In this document: one piece after another, positions 24,701-37,267 of the stretch
Layout of the letters: each line of letters opens with the position of its first letter
Numbering within the stretch: the stretch's first letter is position 1
Assembly (NCBI GenBank): GCA_028023455.1
Contig: JAQFVV010000005.1
Location: 2,914,001 to 2,978,000, forward strand
Direction: 5' to 3'
DNA from: Epiperipatus broadwayi
Lineage: Eukaryota; Animalia; Onychophora
Length of the DNA stretch: 64,000 bases
Made by a program: the position numbers and the translations under genes
Notes under the pieces: model-generated
Databases searched by the model: none
Seen by the model: the letters and a program-made list of their open reading frames with translations, nothing else
What the model was told of the DNA's origin: nothing

Positions 24701-25929
24701 TTTAAGTTTAAAATACTTATATATGCATATAAAATAAAAATAAAACTTAAAATTCACACTCATAACTTAATAATTCTGAAAAAATCATAAATTGCTAAGC
24801 AATTTCTATTACGCCTTTGATTAACAATTCATTATTAGTTTTACTTTGTTGTTTATTTAATATAATAAATACCTTAAACTTGAAAGTAGAAATATGTATT
24901 TATCAGTCTAGACATAGAATTTTATCTTACATAATGTTGTCTGGAGAATTAAAATTTATTAAATAATATAACAAACATAATGTTTAATCTATATACTACA
25001 ATCAGATTCTCAAGCATTGGGATTCTGGTAAATTTTTAGCAACAGCCTTAAAAACTTGTAAAGCCCATGTGTATATTAAAATAGTTTTCATTATTCAATC
25101 AATGCGAAACAATCACACGCCTTCTCTCTCTAAAATTACATAAATAAGCTTCCTTTATTAAATTTAAAATTGCCCCCAGTTCTCAATTATTGTAATTTTT
25201 TTTTTTTTGCTGTAGTCATACAGATTTATATATACACATACCATCTCCCTAACCTACATAATTTTATTAATTATAATATCTCTTGATATTAATTTAAATG
25301 TAATTAATACGATATTTCAGTATTTAATATTCTACAAAGGATCTCAGCCAACTTCCAAAGGTGTTCAACCGTTTGGGTTTACCAATTTTCTAACCAATGG
25401 CATCACTACAGAAAAAATAAAAATAAGAGTTTGTGCTATTGCGTACTTAAGAAATATATAAAAAAAATATTGCTGCATAAACAAAAGATTATGAAAAACA
25501 AATTTGTAAAATAAACCGAAAGTACTTTTAAAGAAATTAAATTTAAAAAAATTTTTTTAGATATTTTTAAATAGAAATAAAGTTTATTATTTGGAAAAAT
25601 GTACTTAAAATACCAGAAGAAATATAATGAAATATTATAATTATTAAATGTATATAAAGTTTCAATTTGTTTATATTTAAGAATAAAATATTTTGGTTCC
25701 AGAAAAGACCACTAGACTATTTTTAATTAGAATTGCGAGTAAACAATTTTAGGAGGGGGGGGGGATTACTTTTGTTAAAAATAAGCAAACTAGATCAATG
25801 AAAAAGATCAAATGTTTTCTACTGATCTTAAATATTGATAAAGAGTCTCATAGAATCAATAAATTTGACTTCCAGAATTGAAATTTATTGATATACATGC
25901 AGTTTAAGGGTATAACAGGCTTCATTAGT

Positions 25930-26049
25930 CAAGCGTCGTTAGCCGAGAGGTCATCGCAACTGCCTTGCAAGCAAGTAGTTGGTTGCAGACGGTTGTGGGT
26001 TCGCGTCCCGGCCGATGCTATGACATATGAAAAAAAAAATGAAAAAAAA
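25930..26049 (+). mobile_element. tRNA-Gly-derived SINE, long internal variant
   Basis: caagcgtcgttagccgagagg...gggttcgcgtcccggccgatgc tatgacat plus an A tail. TSD AGGCTTCATTAGT at 25917-25929 and 26050-26062. Confidence 0.9.
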
Positions 26050-27365
26050 AGGCTTCATTAGTTTATAATATCGCTAAAAGAAACTTTATTAATTAATAGC
26101 AAATGACATTCTAGTTATCACCGCTGAAGAACAAAAAACAAAATGAATGGTTTATTGTTCGGGAGTTCGAACACCGTAAGTGATTTAACTGATGCAGCGA
26201 TCCATGAACTTTGACCTGCAGAGTCTGCTCGACTATTATTGCAATAAACTGAACCTTGCGATAGCATTTAATTGTAACACCTTTTGCCTTGCTACCTCAG
26301 GATGTCCTCAGCCAGTAACTTAAAATATATATTAAATCAGGTTTTATGATTTCAACAAATCGTACAAATACAACACTAGTGAAAAAAGAAAGTTTTGGGG
26401 TCACATTCTTTTAATGATGGTCACTATATAAAGAAAATATTTTTTCCAACTCAGAGTCATATAATATCATTATTTTTAAAACATTCGACAATGATTTTTT
26501 GATTAATAAACAATTATGTATATATTTTAATAATTATATTAGCGACAAATGAGAAGCTTTTAATGACATATGTCACAGAATGTCAAAACTAATAAATGTT
26601 GATTTGAAACTTGTATAAAGAAAAAATAATAATACAAACGAAATCTAAGACTCTGTTAAACTTTGTACTGCAACAAATTGAATAAAGGAACAAATTTTGC
26701 AAAACAATATTTGACAAGAAAAATAAACTCAAGTTAGAGAAAGGCGTTTGATTAGTTTTCAAACCTATTGTGATTCTGTTTAAAAAAAAAGTTGCGTTTA
26801 CAAAAAAAGGAAAACAATGTTTAAATCAGAATCTTTTACAATTTCATATATATGTGAATAAAAATTTGTCATTCATGATTTGTTATAATGGTAGAATGGC
26901 AGACTGAAAGTCAAAGTTCATGGATTAAGGCCCAGCTTTATCACCTCATGTGCTCGAACTTCGTATAAATTTTCGAGATATAAATCATTCGATTATTATT
27001 ATTATTTTTAAAACATTAAGAAAAGCCTTATGGCATAATGATATTCACTGTCATTACTGTGATCTGAGTTTGAATCCGGGACAGAGAGAGAACGATCATT
27101 TTTTTAGATTTTAACCAGGCTTCAAACTCTTTTGCAGCAGCCAGCTAACAATCCGATTTAGTTAGCAAATAGCATCTAGATATTCTTAGCTAGAAAATAA
27201 ACAAAGAGAAGATGAAATTCTGATAAAATTCTTATCACTGGCTTTGGCAAACTAGGTGAGAAATACATTCTGATTTAGTATTTTTCAACGAAGAATCGGG
27301 AGAATAGCCTTTACCTTAATAAGATCATTATATAATATGCTTTTAGATGTTACATATATCTGCTA

Positions 27366-27468
27366 TTTTTTTTTTTAATGTGTCATAGCATCGGCCGGGA
27401 AGAGAACTCGCTAACCCGGGACAACTTCTTGTAAGGCGGCTGTGCTGACCTCTCGATCACCAACGCTT
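27366..27468 (-). mobile_element. tRNA-Gly-derived SINE
   Basis: Reverse complement: gcgttggtgatcgagaggtcagc...cccggccgatgctatgacac plus an A tail. No clear TSD. Confidence 0.85.
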
Positions 27469-27663
27469 TTGTCTAAAAACTAATCGCTTAATTAGATGAC
27501 AGTATTATAATCAAATAATATCTCTAGATCATCATTAATGATAGTTTTTTTATGACTTGCTACTCTTTCAACATGTATTATTCTAGTATCTCAATTTTAA
27601 ATTGGACATAGTAGCTAACTTTGGAATTGTAACAATCACAATAAACAAGAACGAGTTAAAAAT

Positions 27664-29650
27664 ATAATGATAATAATAAACAGTCATTCATAAATGAGAG
27701 TGGCTATTTCAACTTAAAAGGGGGGGGGGGAGAGAAAGAGAAATCTATTCTGGAAATGAATTTTGCATAACTATACAAACCAACCTGTGAATCACATATA
27801 GAGAATGTGGGTATATTTTTCTCTTTACCGATATTTTGATATATTGCAATGTTGTTGTTTTTTTTTGCTTCCTCAGCAGAAAGCTTTCCTTTCTGAAATA
27901 CTTTAACACCATGACTAATTGTAGCTTTCCAATGCGTTTTATCATTTATTATATCTGTCTAATGAAACAATTGACATTGCACTTTAGAATGACTTTGAGA
28001 TAATCCTTAATGACATGAAAATCATACTCATGTTCACCATAAAACACTCTTTTAGGAAATCTTCCATTATTCATTCATTTTATATGTAGAATTCAATGAA
28101 GGTATTATTTTGCAATAGTAAATTCAATAGTATCATAACCAGTATTCTGATGAATAATTGATTGGTTTTACAATCTTACCATATATTTTGAAATTTTTAT
28201 AGAACATCCTCAATGAAATTTTTGTAACATCTTTATATTGCACCAATAAAGTGTCCAAGTTTCACTTCCATACAATAAAGTAAAAGAAACAGCTCTAATA
28301 CAGCTAATTTAGTTGCTATAGTTATTTCTCTACCTTTTAATTTGTCAAAAGAAGTAGCAACATATTGGAATCTGAGGTGTGTTTCAATATCTAATTTTTT
28401 CTTTCAATTCATAAAACTACTAAGGTAATTAATTAAAAGCTAAAAATGGCTGAGGATTCTTAGGGGAAGATAAAAAGTTTGAGGTGTTTTGAGCATGTAT
28501 TTAATACATTAAGAAAATTCTGTAAATCATCTTTTGAATAGGAAAAAGTAACACAATCATCAACATACTGTATATTTAAACGCAAGAAAGTGTATCTTTC
28601 TGTGTTTGCTTTTACTCGATTCAAATTAATAATTTTATCATCAGACTCTATTGCATATTGATTGATCTCTGTTGATTAAGCCACATGTAAACAATTTCAA
28701 AAATCATTGTCATAAAAATTGAAAACAATGTGGAGTAAGTTTGCATCGTTTTTAATTCCAGTTTTCATTTCAAATGCCTCCCATACGCTCTAATAATATT
28801 TCATCTCTTTACATCCTATAAAAGCTGTAAAATAAAATAAAAATTGGTGGATAATTACTGTTCTATTTAGTGAATCAAATGCCTTGATCAAATCAATGAG
28901 AATATATGAATTATTTTTTTGTTCCTGACACTTTTTTGTACTTTACTGGCAACAAAAAATATATCTGTATTGCTTCTTGATTCTTTAAAACCATAATCTC
29001 TCTCTGATGATCATTTATCTATAACTAACAAGAAACAACCTATTCAACAAAATTATTGAAAGTACATTTTCTGCATTCCACAATAATTGCTGAAAACTTG
29101 CCTATTCTATTTGTCTTTAAAAACTGGAACAGTAAAATTATCCTAAATATGGTGAGGCACAAGTTCATGAGTCCAAATATTCCTAAAAATTTCCATTATT
29201 TTTGATGCTAACGTATTACCACTATATTTTAAAACTTTCCAGGTATTTCATCAATTCTATAGTTATCCCCTTTTAAGATTACAAAGAACTATTTTGACTT
29301 CATTAAGTTGGATATATTTGTCCAAATCTAAATAAATAGTTAGAATGGATATATCATTAGAGGTCATCATCTCCAGTCATGCATTAATATTCAAATAATC
29401 AAAATATATGTCATGTTATAAGAATACAATTGGTGGATTTAATACGATTGTGATACTGTCTCTGAGATCCATTTGTTGAATTCAATGCATCAAAAAAAAT
29501 CTAGAATGGCCATGATTTGTAACCAGTAAGTGGTTTTATTTTCTTTATAGTTTTAATCCACCAATTATTTTAAAATTATTTGTCAGTTGTTGAACTTGTA
29601 CCTTCATATCTTTATATTTATTATGAAGTTCCATATTTACTCTATTAATC
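27664..29650 (-). mobile_element. Decayed RTE/BovB-like LINE, 5'-truncated
   Basis: Minus-strand remnants: FFDALN, LIDLIKAFDSLN (~28870-28905), QYVDDC (~28555-28572), LLYGSETWTL (~28250-28280), RFPKRVFYGE, HWKATI, and a (TTA)n-type 3' tail. Confidence 0.88.
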
Positions 29651-29659
29651 TGCTAGGCA

Positions 29660-30560
29660 GAAAATGCAAAGCATTTCCTTTAAATTAAATTCCTAATTAA
29701 AATAGAATCATGAATGGTTTTCTGATAGTGATCTTATAATCAACCCAAGAATATATTTATTTGTACACATAACACACTCTATAAAAGAATTTCATGATTC
29801 AGTAATATGCCAGTCCCCAAAATTCAAATTAGCAGTTTTAATATTTAATAGATGTTGAAGTTTAGTACAGTCATAGATTTATCTAAAGAAAGAACTTCAA
29901 TTTTCTTGTGAATATGATTGCAATAACATTCATATTTCAATGCAACTATCATTATAATCTTGGAGTGTACTAATCTATAATCTATCCAATATCTGATATT
30001 GTAAGTGTCTATGTAATGTGAGGAGTATTAAGAAGTCTAATGCTATTCTTTTGAGTGTGGATACATTCATGTTTTTTTATAATGGTTTTTCTGCCTAATC
30101 AGAACCCTTGTCGTAGTCAATCCATGTGTTGTGCATAAATTCAATGATAACAAACAGTTCCGATTTTTGCAGCCTTAATAAAGTCTTCTATCTGTGTCAA
30201 CATGGACCTTAAAGTCACTAAAAAGAAAAATTTAGTATTTTAATGGTATTCCTATTATAATGCTATTCAACAGAGAATAAAAGCTTGTTTTCTATGATTC
30301 TCTAGAATCTAAGATTTGATTATAGGTATTAATAAAATGAACACTAGCATGATTGTACAAAGTGAGTTTTAGGATCATTAACCTCTCATTGATACAATAG
30401 GAATTAGAAGATACTAAATTAAATTTTATATCATATCCAACACCATGCATTTTTCTTTCATTAAGTGCCTATTTTTCCAAAAACATTTGTATGTATCTGT
30501 CTACTGTAATAAATCTTTCTCAGGAAGACAAGTTGCACTAACAGCAGTTATATAGGTCTT
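29660..30560 (+). mobile_element. Further decayed RTE-like fragment in the opposite orientation
   Basis: Plus-strand remnants NHEWFSDSD (like KHQDWFDEND), SLVQS...KKELQ and FNGIP, in the order expected for RTE ORF2 between the endonuclease and RT. Confidence 0.5.
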
Positions 30561-31422
30561 AAAACTTGACATCTCATTAGCCTTGAGTGAATTTCGCCAT
30601 TCAGGTATTGCAGTATTAGCATCAAGTAAAATTCATACATTCCATATTCCTGTATTTAGAAAAAAAAATTGTAATTTTTTTTTTAGTACTACTACTACTG
30701 CATTTTGCTACATCATTACTACTGATATTATTATTATTTCTACCACTGAAATTAGTAGAACCTAGCCATATTGAGTAATTCAATAAATTTTTAGATCATA
30801 TTTTCTAGATTTTTCTAATTCCATGGTAGGCATAGAGATTTCTAAAAAGGCCTGCCTAGCTGCTTCCGATTCTCTTAAATCCAGTTTTAACCCAAACCAT
30901 TAAAAATTGTATTTGTCTCAAGCAAACTTCCAGCCTACTAAGTCTGTTTCCATCAGTGACTTCTTAATTCTTGAGGGCTTAAACTAAAATGAAAGGGGGT
31001 GGGTAATCAGAAATGTTGTGCATGTAGTCTCAAAACTTTGGAAATGTTGACACACAATTCCATTGTCTTATTTAGTGTACGGCGTTATTTGATGATATGA
31101 AAGCCTACAATAAGCAAACACTATAGACACTTAAATGACATAAGAAGGAAAAGAGGGAAACAGAAAAAAACGTTTGTATTGGCCTTCATATATACAGACC
31201 ATTCCATTATCTATTATTTATGAGTCCTTCATTAGCCTGAGCACAGAATTCAGCTAAAACATATTAAATGTATATTAGTTTTGCATAGTGTTACAGTAAT
31301 ATGTACACCTAATTATACCTAAGATATGACATCAAATGGGCATCAAATTAACTTTTCATCTGGAAAATTAGTTTTCCTCAAGCTAACCTAATTAACTATT
31401 CCTTAATAATCATTAACTGCAG

Positions 31423-31547
31423 AAAAAATAAGGTTGGAAAATCGCCCTCATTCTCACCAACCACAAATTGGTGAATCTGATGGATACTGTTTTTCTTCTA
31501 TGAGAATCTATTGGAGAGAGCTTTGCTCTACAATAGGAAATTTAAAG
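31423..31547 (+). CDS. Candidate internal exon of an unidentified host gene (KIRLENRPHSHQPQIGESDGYCFSSMRIYWRELCSTIGNLK)
   Basis: ttaactgcAG acceptor, open frame with higher GC than the flanks, AAG|gttatc donor (weak). No homology recognised. Confidence 0.35.
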
Positions 31548-31841
31548 GTTATCTTATCCTTATTTTAACTTTATATGCACTTTATCTGAAGGAAAACTAA
31601 TATCTATGCTTATTATATTCTATTATATTTATAAAATATATCTACTCTATTCTCTGCCATTATTTTTTCTTTATTATATATAAAAAGAAAATTTTAATCA
31701 TAGAATCAGTAACATCAATAGTATCTTACTTTCTCCCTAATCTCTTAAGAGAGGAAAGTTGTATTTCACTACATTATGGCCGTCGCTACAACAACCATTT
31801 CGCTGACTTAACCATTATATTTTAGTATGTATGCCCTAGAC

Positions 31842-33431
31842 CAGTGTTTCCCAACCTGTGGTATGTGTACCACTGGTGGTACGTGAGTTGCTGGTTGGTG
31901 GTACACGAAAAATAATCAATAATGAAGGACATAAAAAAAAATTAAATCATAAAAATATAGAAACGTTTTTTCTTATAATTCATAAAAAATATTTTAATTA
32001 ATAATATTATACAGTAAAGTTGCTAATGTGTACAGTCGATAACGATCTTTAATGTTAATGATAAAATTGAAAGTATGATTAAGAAATTAGATGTTTGGAA
32101 ACAGTAATATATATAAGTATCAAAAACAATCAACTGGAAGTAATCGAAACTGTACATATTGTTTTGTTTGAAAATAACATTAGTCTGTCTCAAGATATAT
32201 GAGAAAATGTAATAGCACATTTAACAGGATTAAAATTGTCTTTCATGGAATATTTTCCAAAACCCAAAAACACAAATGATAATTGGATTTCAAACCTTTT
32301 CTATGAAGAAAATTTAGAAAAAGCTACATCATTATCAATAAAGGATAAATAAAATTTAATAGAATTATCATGTGACAGAACTTTACAAGTAGAATTCAAA
32401 CGACAAAAAACAAAGCATTAAAGAATATGAACAACTTTCTGAGAAAGCTCTTAAATTATTATTACCATTTACTAGTACGGAATTAGTAGGAAGAGCTTCT
32501 TCTTCATACATATTTTTAAAAAATAAGAAACAGATTGAATGCAGCTGTAGACTTAAGGGTATACCTCACATCTTTTGAAACAAATTTCAAAAAATTATAT
32601 TATTTGAAACAAGCACAAAGATCTCATTAAATTTATTTTATAAAAATATTTGATTATGATAAGAAAATATACTAATTGGTTTTTTATAATTTTGTGTTTT
32701 TATTAAAACCATTTATTAGTAAACGAAATATGACAAAATAGTAGATAAATAATGAGTGGATCAAGGCAAATCAATCTAAATTATTTAATTTGAAAGAATG
32801 TATCAGAAAAGGATCATACCCAGAAATTAGCCTCTCATTAATTCTTGATCATCTATTGTGGATTACTAGATGTAAGCTAGTATTTAATCATCAAAATTTT
32901 AATCCTATTAACTTCATGCTGAACAATATAAAGAAAACAAGAACAAGAGATAGCCTGATAACTCCTGAGGTTATTTTTACCATGACTTGGGACATGCTGG
33001 ATTTATCCTCTCCATGGCCCAACCAATAGCAAGATGCTCCAAAAAAGAGAAATCAGACTCAAATTAGGGAAAACCAAATGAAGGAATGAGAAAACACTTT
33101 GAACAAAATATGTACCAAATAACCTTTAATGTAATAATGTAATCTTTAATAAATTATTTTTGAAAAAATATGAAACTTTGAACAAACACATACATATAAA
33201 TATGTTACAGTGAGTTTATAATTTCAGTGAGTTTATAATCTGGCGTGATATTTAGGCGTGTTTCAATGTAATTTGTCTCATTATAAGATGTGAATACATA
33301 TATGGTCACTCTATAATATTTATAATGCAAATAAAATAACACACTTGCAATAACAAATTTCACGAAATACTACAACTTAGCGTGATGTACTACCATGTGG
33401 TACGCGAGCCAAAAAAGGTTGGGAAACGCTG
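31842..33431 (+). mobile_element. hAT-Charlie/Buster-type deletion derivative
   Basis: TIRs CAGTGTTTCCCAACCT / AGGTTGGGAAACGCTG. Perfect 8-bp TSD CCCTAGAC at 31834-31841 and 33432-33439. Transposase C-terminal remnants (EYFP, LIELSCD, LLLPFTST, NRLN, QAQRSH*) at ~32200-32630. Confidence 0.93.
32745..33160 (+). mobile_element. Probable L1/Tx1-like 3' fragment nested in the Charlie element
   Basis: ORF 32790-33029 contains HLLWITRCKLVF (IW..R...F-like), followed by an AATAAA and A-rich end. It does not resemble Charlie sequence. Confidence 0.45.
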
Positions 33432-34689
33432 CCCTAGACTAATCAGATTGTACGTTTACTAATCAATGAATACTAATCAGTTGGATAAAATCTCAAAATT
33501 GAAAGTATAAATGACTACATTATGTTATCTTTTATATATACTAAATAATTGTCTAAACTGATACGGAAATTTCAGACTGCGTTTATATATACATTTGCTA
33601 AATAATTTGTTAGAATTATTAGATATCAACTAATAAGTTATTCAGATTTGATTTCAAATTTTATTAAAATCATTTTTAAATTTCTGGCAGCTAGTTTGAA
33701 ATCTATATATTGTATATTTCTTTTTAATTTGAGATTTGCAATCTCATGAGATCTGATTTTAAAATTAGCCAAAAATAACTTATTGTATCAAGAAAAATGT
33801 TAGATTTTTCGCTCTTAGAAAACGATAGTTCGTAACCGTTTTTCCCAATTACACGTTTAGAAAAATCAGCTGATTTAATTTGATCGAAATTATCTGACGA
33901 AAGTTATTTAGACAGAAATAAAGGTCATGACATTCGCAAGATTTTAACATCACATCGGGATATAAATACAGAGAAAAACAGCTTGATTTAGTCCACTAAG
34001 GATTTTTACGAGGTCAAGAGGCTGCAGGGAAATAGACTTTAAAACATTATTACTAGAGTTTAGTTGATGTTTAGTTTAGCTAACGAACTGTTTACGCCTG
34101 ACATCTGTCAAAGTACATATTAAATTATGATGTATTAAAGCTTAAAACTTCATTTTTCCACACAGACAATAGAAATTTATTTAAAGCATTTTTAGATGTA
34201 TATTTTCAATAAGATGAGAAGATTAAGGTTTCAAATTTTGATGCAAAACGAAATCAAATCTGTTTGAAATTGTTACTATTAGGATCATGAAGTTCACGTT
34301 ATATGACGATCATATAAATGGGATTTCTTTAGAATGACGTATCGTCTATTTGCTTCTCATATTCCACAATAGAGGGATTGATTATTGTAATTAGGGTGTT
34401 CATCAATATCAATGCTGATTAGCCACTCTTTTCTTTAATTATCAGTTTTCCTGACAATTAAAACAAAAATCAAAGCATTTCAACTTGCTTATTACTCATG
34501 GTTTCCATGATACTCCCGATATTTTTTGCCACCATCAGCATCACTATTTTTCCATTTTTTTACTTCCTCAATGTCTCATTGCCTTACTGTGGTTTAATAC
34601 AGTGGTAGAATCATAAACTTTGTTAACTACTTGAGCAATAAAACTATTTACACCATAGATATACATTCTTTAGACTTTATACAGAGAAC

Positions 34690-35290
34690 TGCAATACAAC
34701 GGATCTGTATTACAATTTTCCTCATCCCTTCACTTCCATCATTGTATTCAGTAAAACCATCAAAATGGTTGAACATATGTAAGCAATGTGACAAAAAAAA
34801 ATTGGAGTAGTTTCAATTTCTGGATAATTCACTTCATCACTTTTATCAACTCGCTCTGCTCTTCCATTACATTTCCATCTCAGTTGAATGCATTCTCCAT
34901 TTCCATAGGGAAAGTGATCAAAACTACAGATTCTGTTGCAAGAAAAATCTCTCTCATCTTCTCTTCACAGTCAGCCATGGTGTCACAAGTCCAGCTTGCA
35001 ATAATGCAGTTAAACTCATTTTGAAGAAATTTTGTTAAGATAAATGACATCATTGTAAATATTATGACAATCATCATCTCGATCACAAATGTAAGAACAT
35101 GGAATACATATTCTATTACTACACTGATGCCCAATAGCTAAACAGGTGTGTGAGCAATTATGTTAATCCGTCTGATCAATACAATCATTTTCACTATCAC
35201 AAACCCAAAGTAGTGTTATGCAATGGCAGTCATCATAATAAAACAAATCTGAATTTATGCACTGATTAATTGGAGTTGATGATGAACTGG
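34690..35290 (-). pseudogene. Decayed cluster of LDL-receptor class A (complement-type) repeats, LRP/LDLR-family-like
   Basis: Minus-strand remnants: CITLLWVCDSENDCIDQTD*HNC; QCSNRICIPCSYICDRDDDC; NEFNCIIASWTCDTMADCEE; GNGECIQLRWKCNG...DKSDE; HCL...FDGFTEYNDGSE...DEENC. Stops, frameshifts and lost cysteines throughout. Confidence 0.75.
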
Positions 35291-36271
35291 GAAAGGGCTA
35301 CATTCATATTCATAAAAAATGAAATCACAATTCCAATGTCCATTTTTAAAATACAACCCTAAGAATAAAGATCACACCAAAGGCTTTACTTTGCAACTCA
35401 ATCCATGATTAATATGCATTGAATCTCTTAATTGATGAAACCTTTATTGTTGATAAATAATCCAAGAAGACAAAAATTCTTAATGAATTATATCTTCATT
35501 ATATTTGTACAGAATAAGATGGGTCAAATATTTTTGATGCATTTTATAAAATTAGAAGAAAAACTATGAAAATAAAATACTTCTTTTTATTCAGCTTTAA
35601 TTTTTTTATTATGTTTGAAGAAATATAAATACATCTTTTGCAGCTAAATTTTAAAATCTAATTACAGTTCACATATCTTAGTCTGATGCTGACATTTAGT
35701 AATACTTCAGAGGCAAGACTTCAAAGGTTTATTCATAAAATATAATATAGAAATGATAATATTAATTTATTTATTTAATGTACAATATCCACACATTACA
35801 GGACAATTATTAGATTGCACATAAATTAATTAAATAGTGCACATAAGATTATAGAAAAAGTAATGATATAAATAACAAATATGAAAAAAGAAAAATAAAA
35901 ACAAAAAAAAATATTGTGGAAGATATCATTGTAATAAATTAAAGATTATATTTTTTGACAAGAAACTTATAATTTTCATTATTTAGACTGAAATAATTAT
36001 TATTACGAAAATGTTTATTATAAAAATACAATAACCAATACTATAGAGAAAATTTAAAAATATTTAAGTAATAGGGTTTAATATTTAAAAAAACCTGAAA
36101 TCTTAGTTTTATATTCTGCTAAATTAAATGAAATATTTTTTATCAGATTTTGACAACATAACTATTTTAATTAGAATTTTCTATACAAATTTTACGTCTC
36201 TTATCTTTTCCCCAAATAGAAAGATACAATGCTGTCTTTATTTAAGTTGACATGTATACAATTTTTTTTTC

Positions 36272-36458
<187 letters not shown>

Positions 36459-37170
36459 AGAATAAAAGAATAGTGGGAAAAAACAAGTTGACTGTGAGTC
36501 ACAATGATAGAGTCAGTCACATCTACTTTTATACAAAAGTGAAATGAGAAACACATTAAAGAAAGTAAAATATTTAAAATGAAATTATCTGAAGATAATA
36601 AGAGAAGTCAAGAAAAAGTAAGCTGATGACTCAATGGGATACATTGGACAGATAAAAAATAAACTAATAAAAGATAGCTATTTAAGTTCGAAAATTATGA
36701 ATGATGTTAGATCAACAATGTTATCAAATAGATATTGTTGAAAGCATCTGAAAATATTTTACTAATCAATAGAACATTTATGTTTAAAAACAACAAAATA
36801 CATAGCAGAGTTTACAACTCATTTAGCAGTGTTCATTACAATATTTTAAAAAGATATCTTGCAAAAATAATTCTGCAGTCAAATGTTTTATCTTCTAACT
36901 AGGAATAGCTAAGCACTCATTGATTAATCAATATGGAAGTTTATCTTGGTTTTTTATATTTTTGTGATCAAAGAGAAAAATCTTAAAGCCTCATTAGAAT
37001 CTCAAAAAAACATTAAAATTTTTTCCAGTTCAGATTCAGACACCAGATTATGCCATGGCAAATGGTTATATATATTTATTGAATTAAATATTTTTTATGG
37101 ATTGTTATTCTAATAAAGAACAGAAATGAGATTTATCCATATAAACAGAGATAATCTTTGCCTTTGATGT

Positions 37171-37267
37171 CAAGCATTGGTGGTCGAGAGGTCAGCACGA
37201 CTGCCTTATAAGCAGTTGCCCGGGTTGTGGGTTCGCTTCCCGGCAGATGCTATGACCAATAAAAAAA
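37171..37267 (+). mobile_element. tRNA-Gly-derived SINE, short variant
   Basis: caagcattggtggtcgagagg...gggttcgcttcccggcagatgctatgacc plus an A tail. TSD AATCTTTGCCTTTGATGT at 37153-37170 and 37268-37285. Confidence 0.92.

Noticed and set aside
29650-30100. Minus-strand reading as a CR1/L2 endonuclease (ILGLII, SENH)
   Set aside because: The plus-strand reading gives a longer ordered series of RTE-like motifs.
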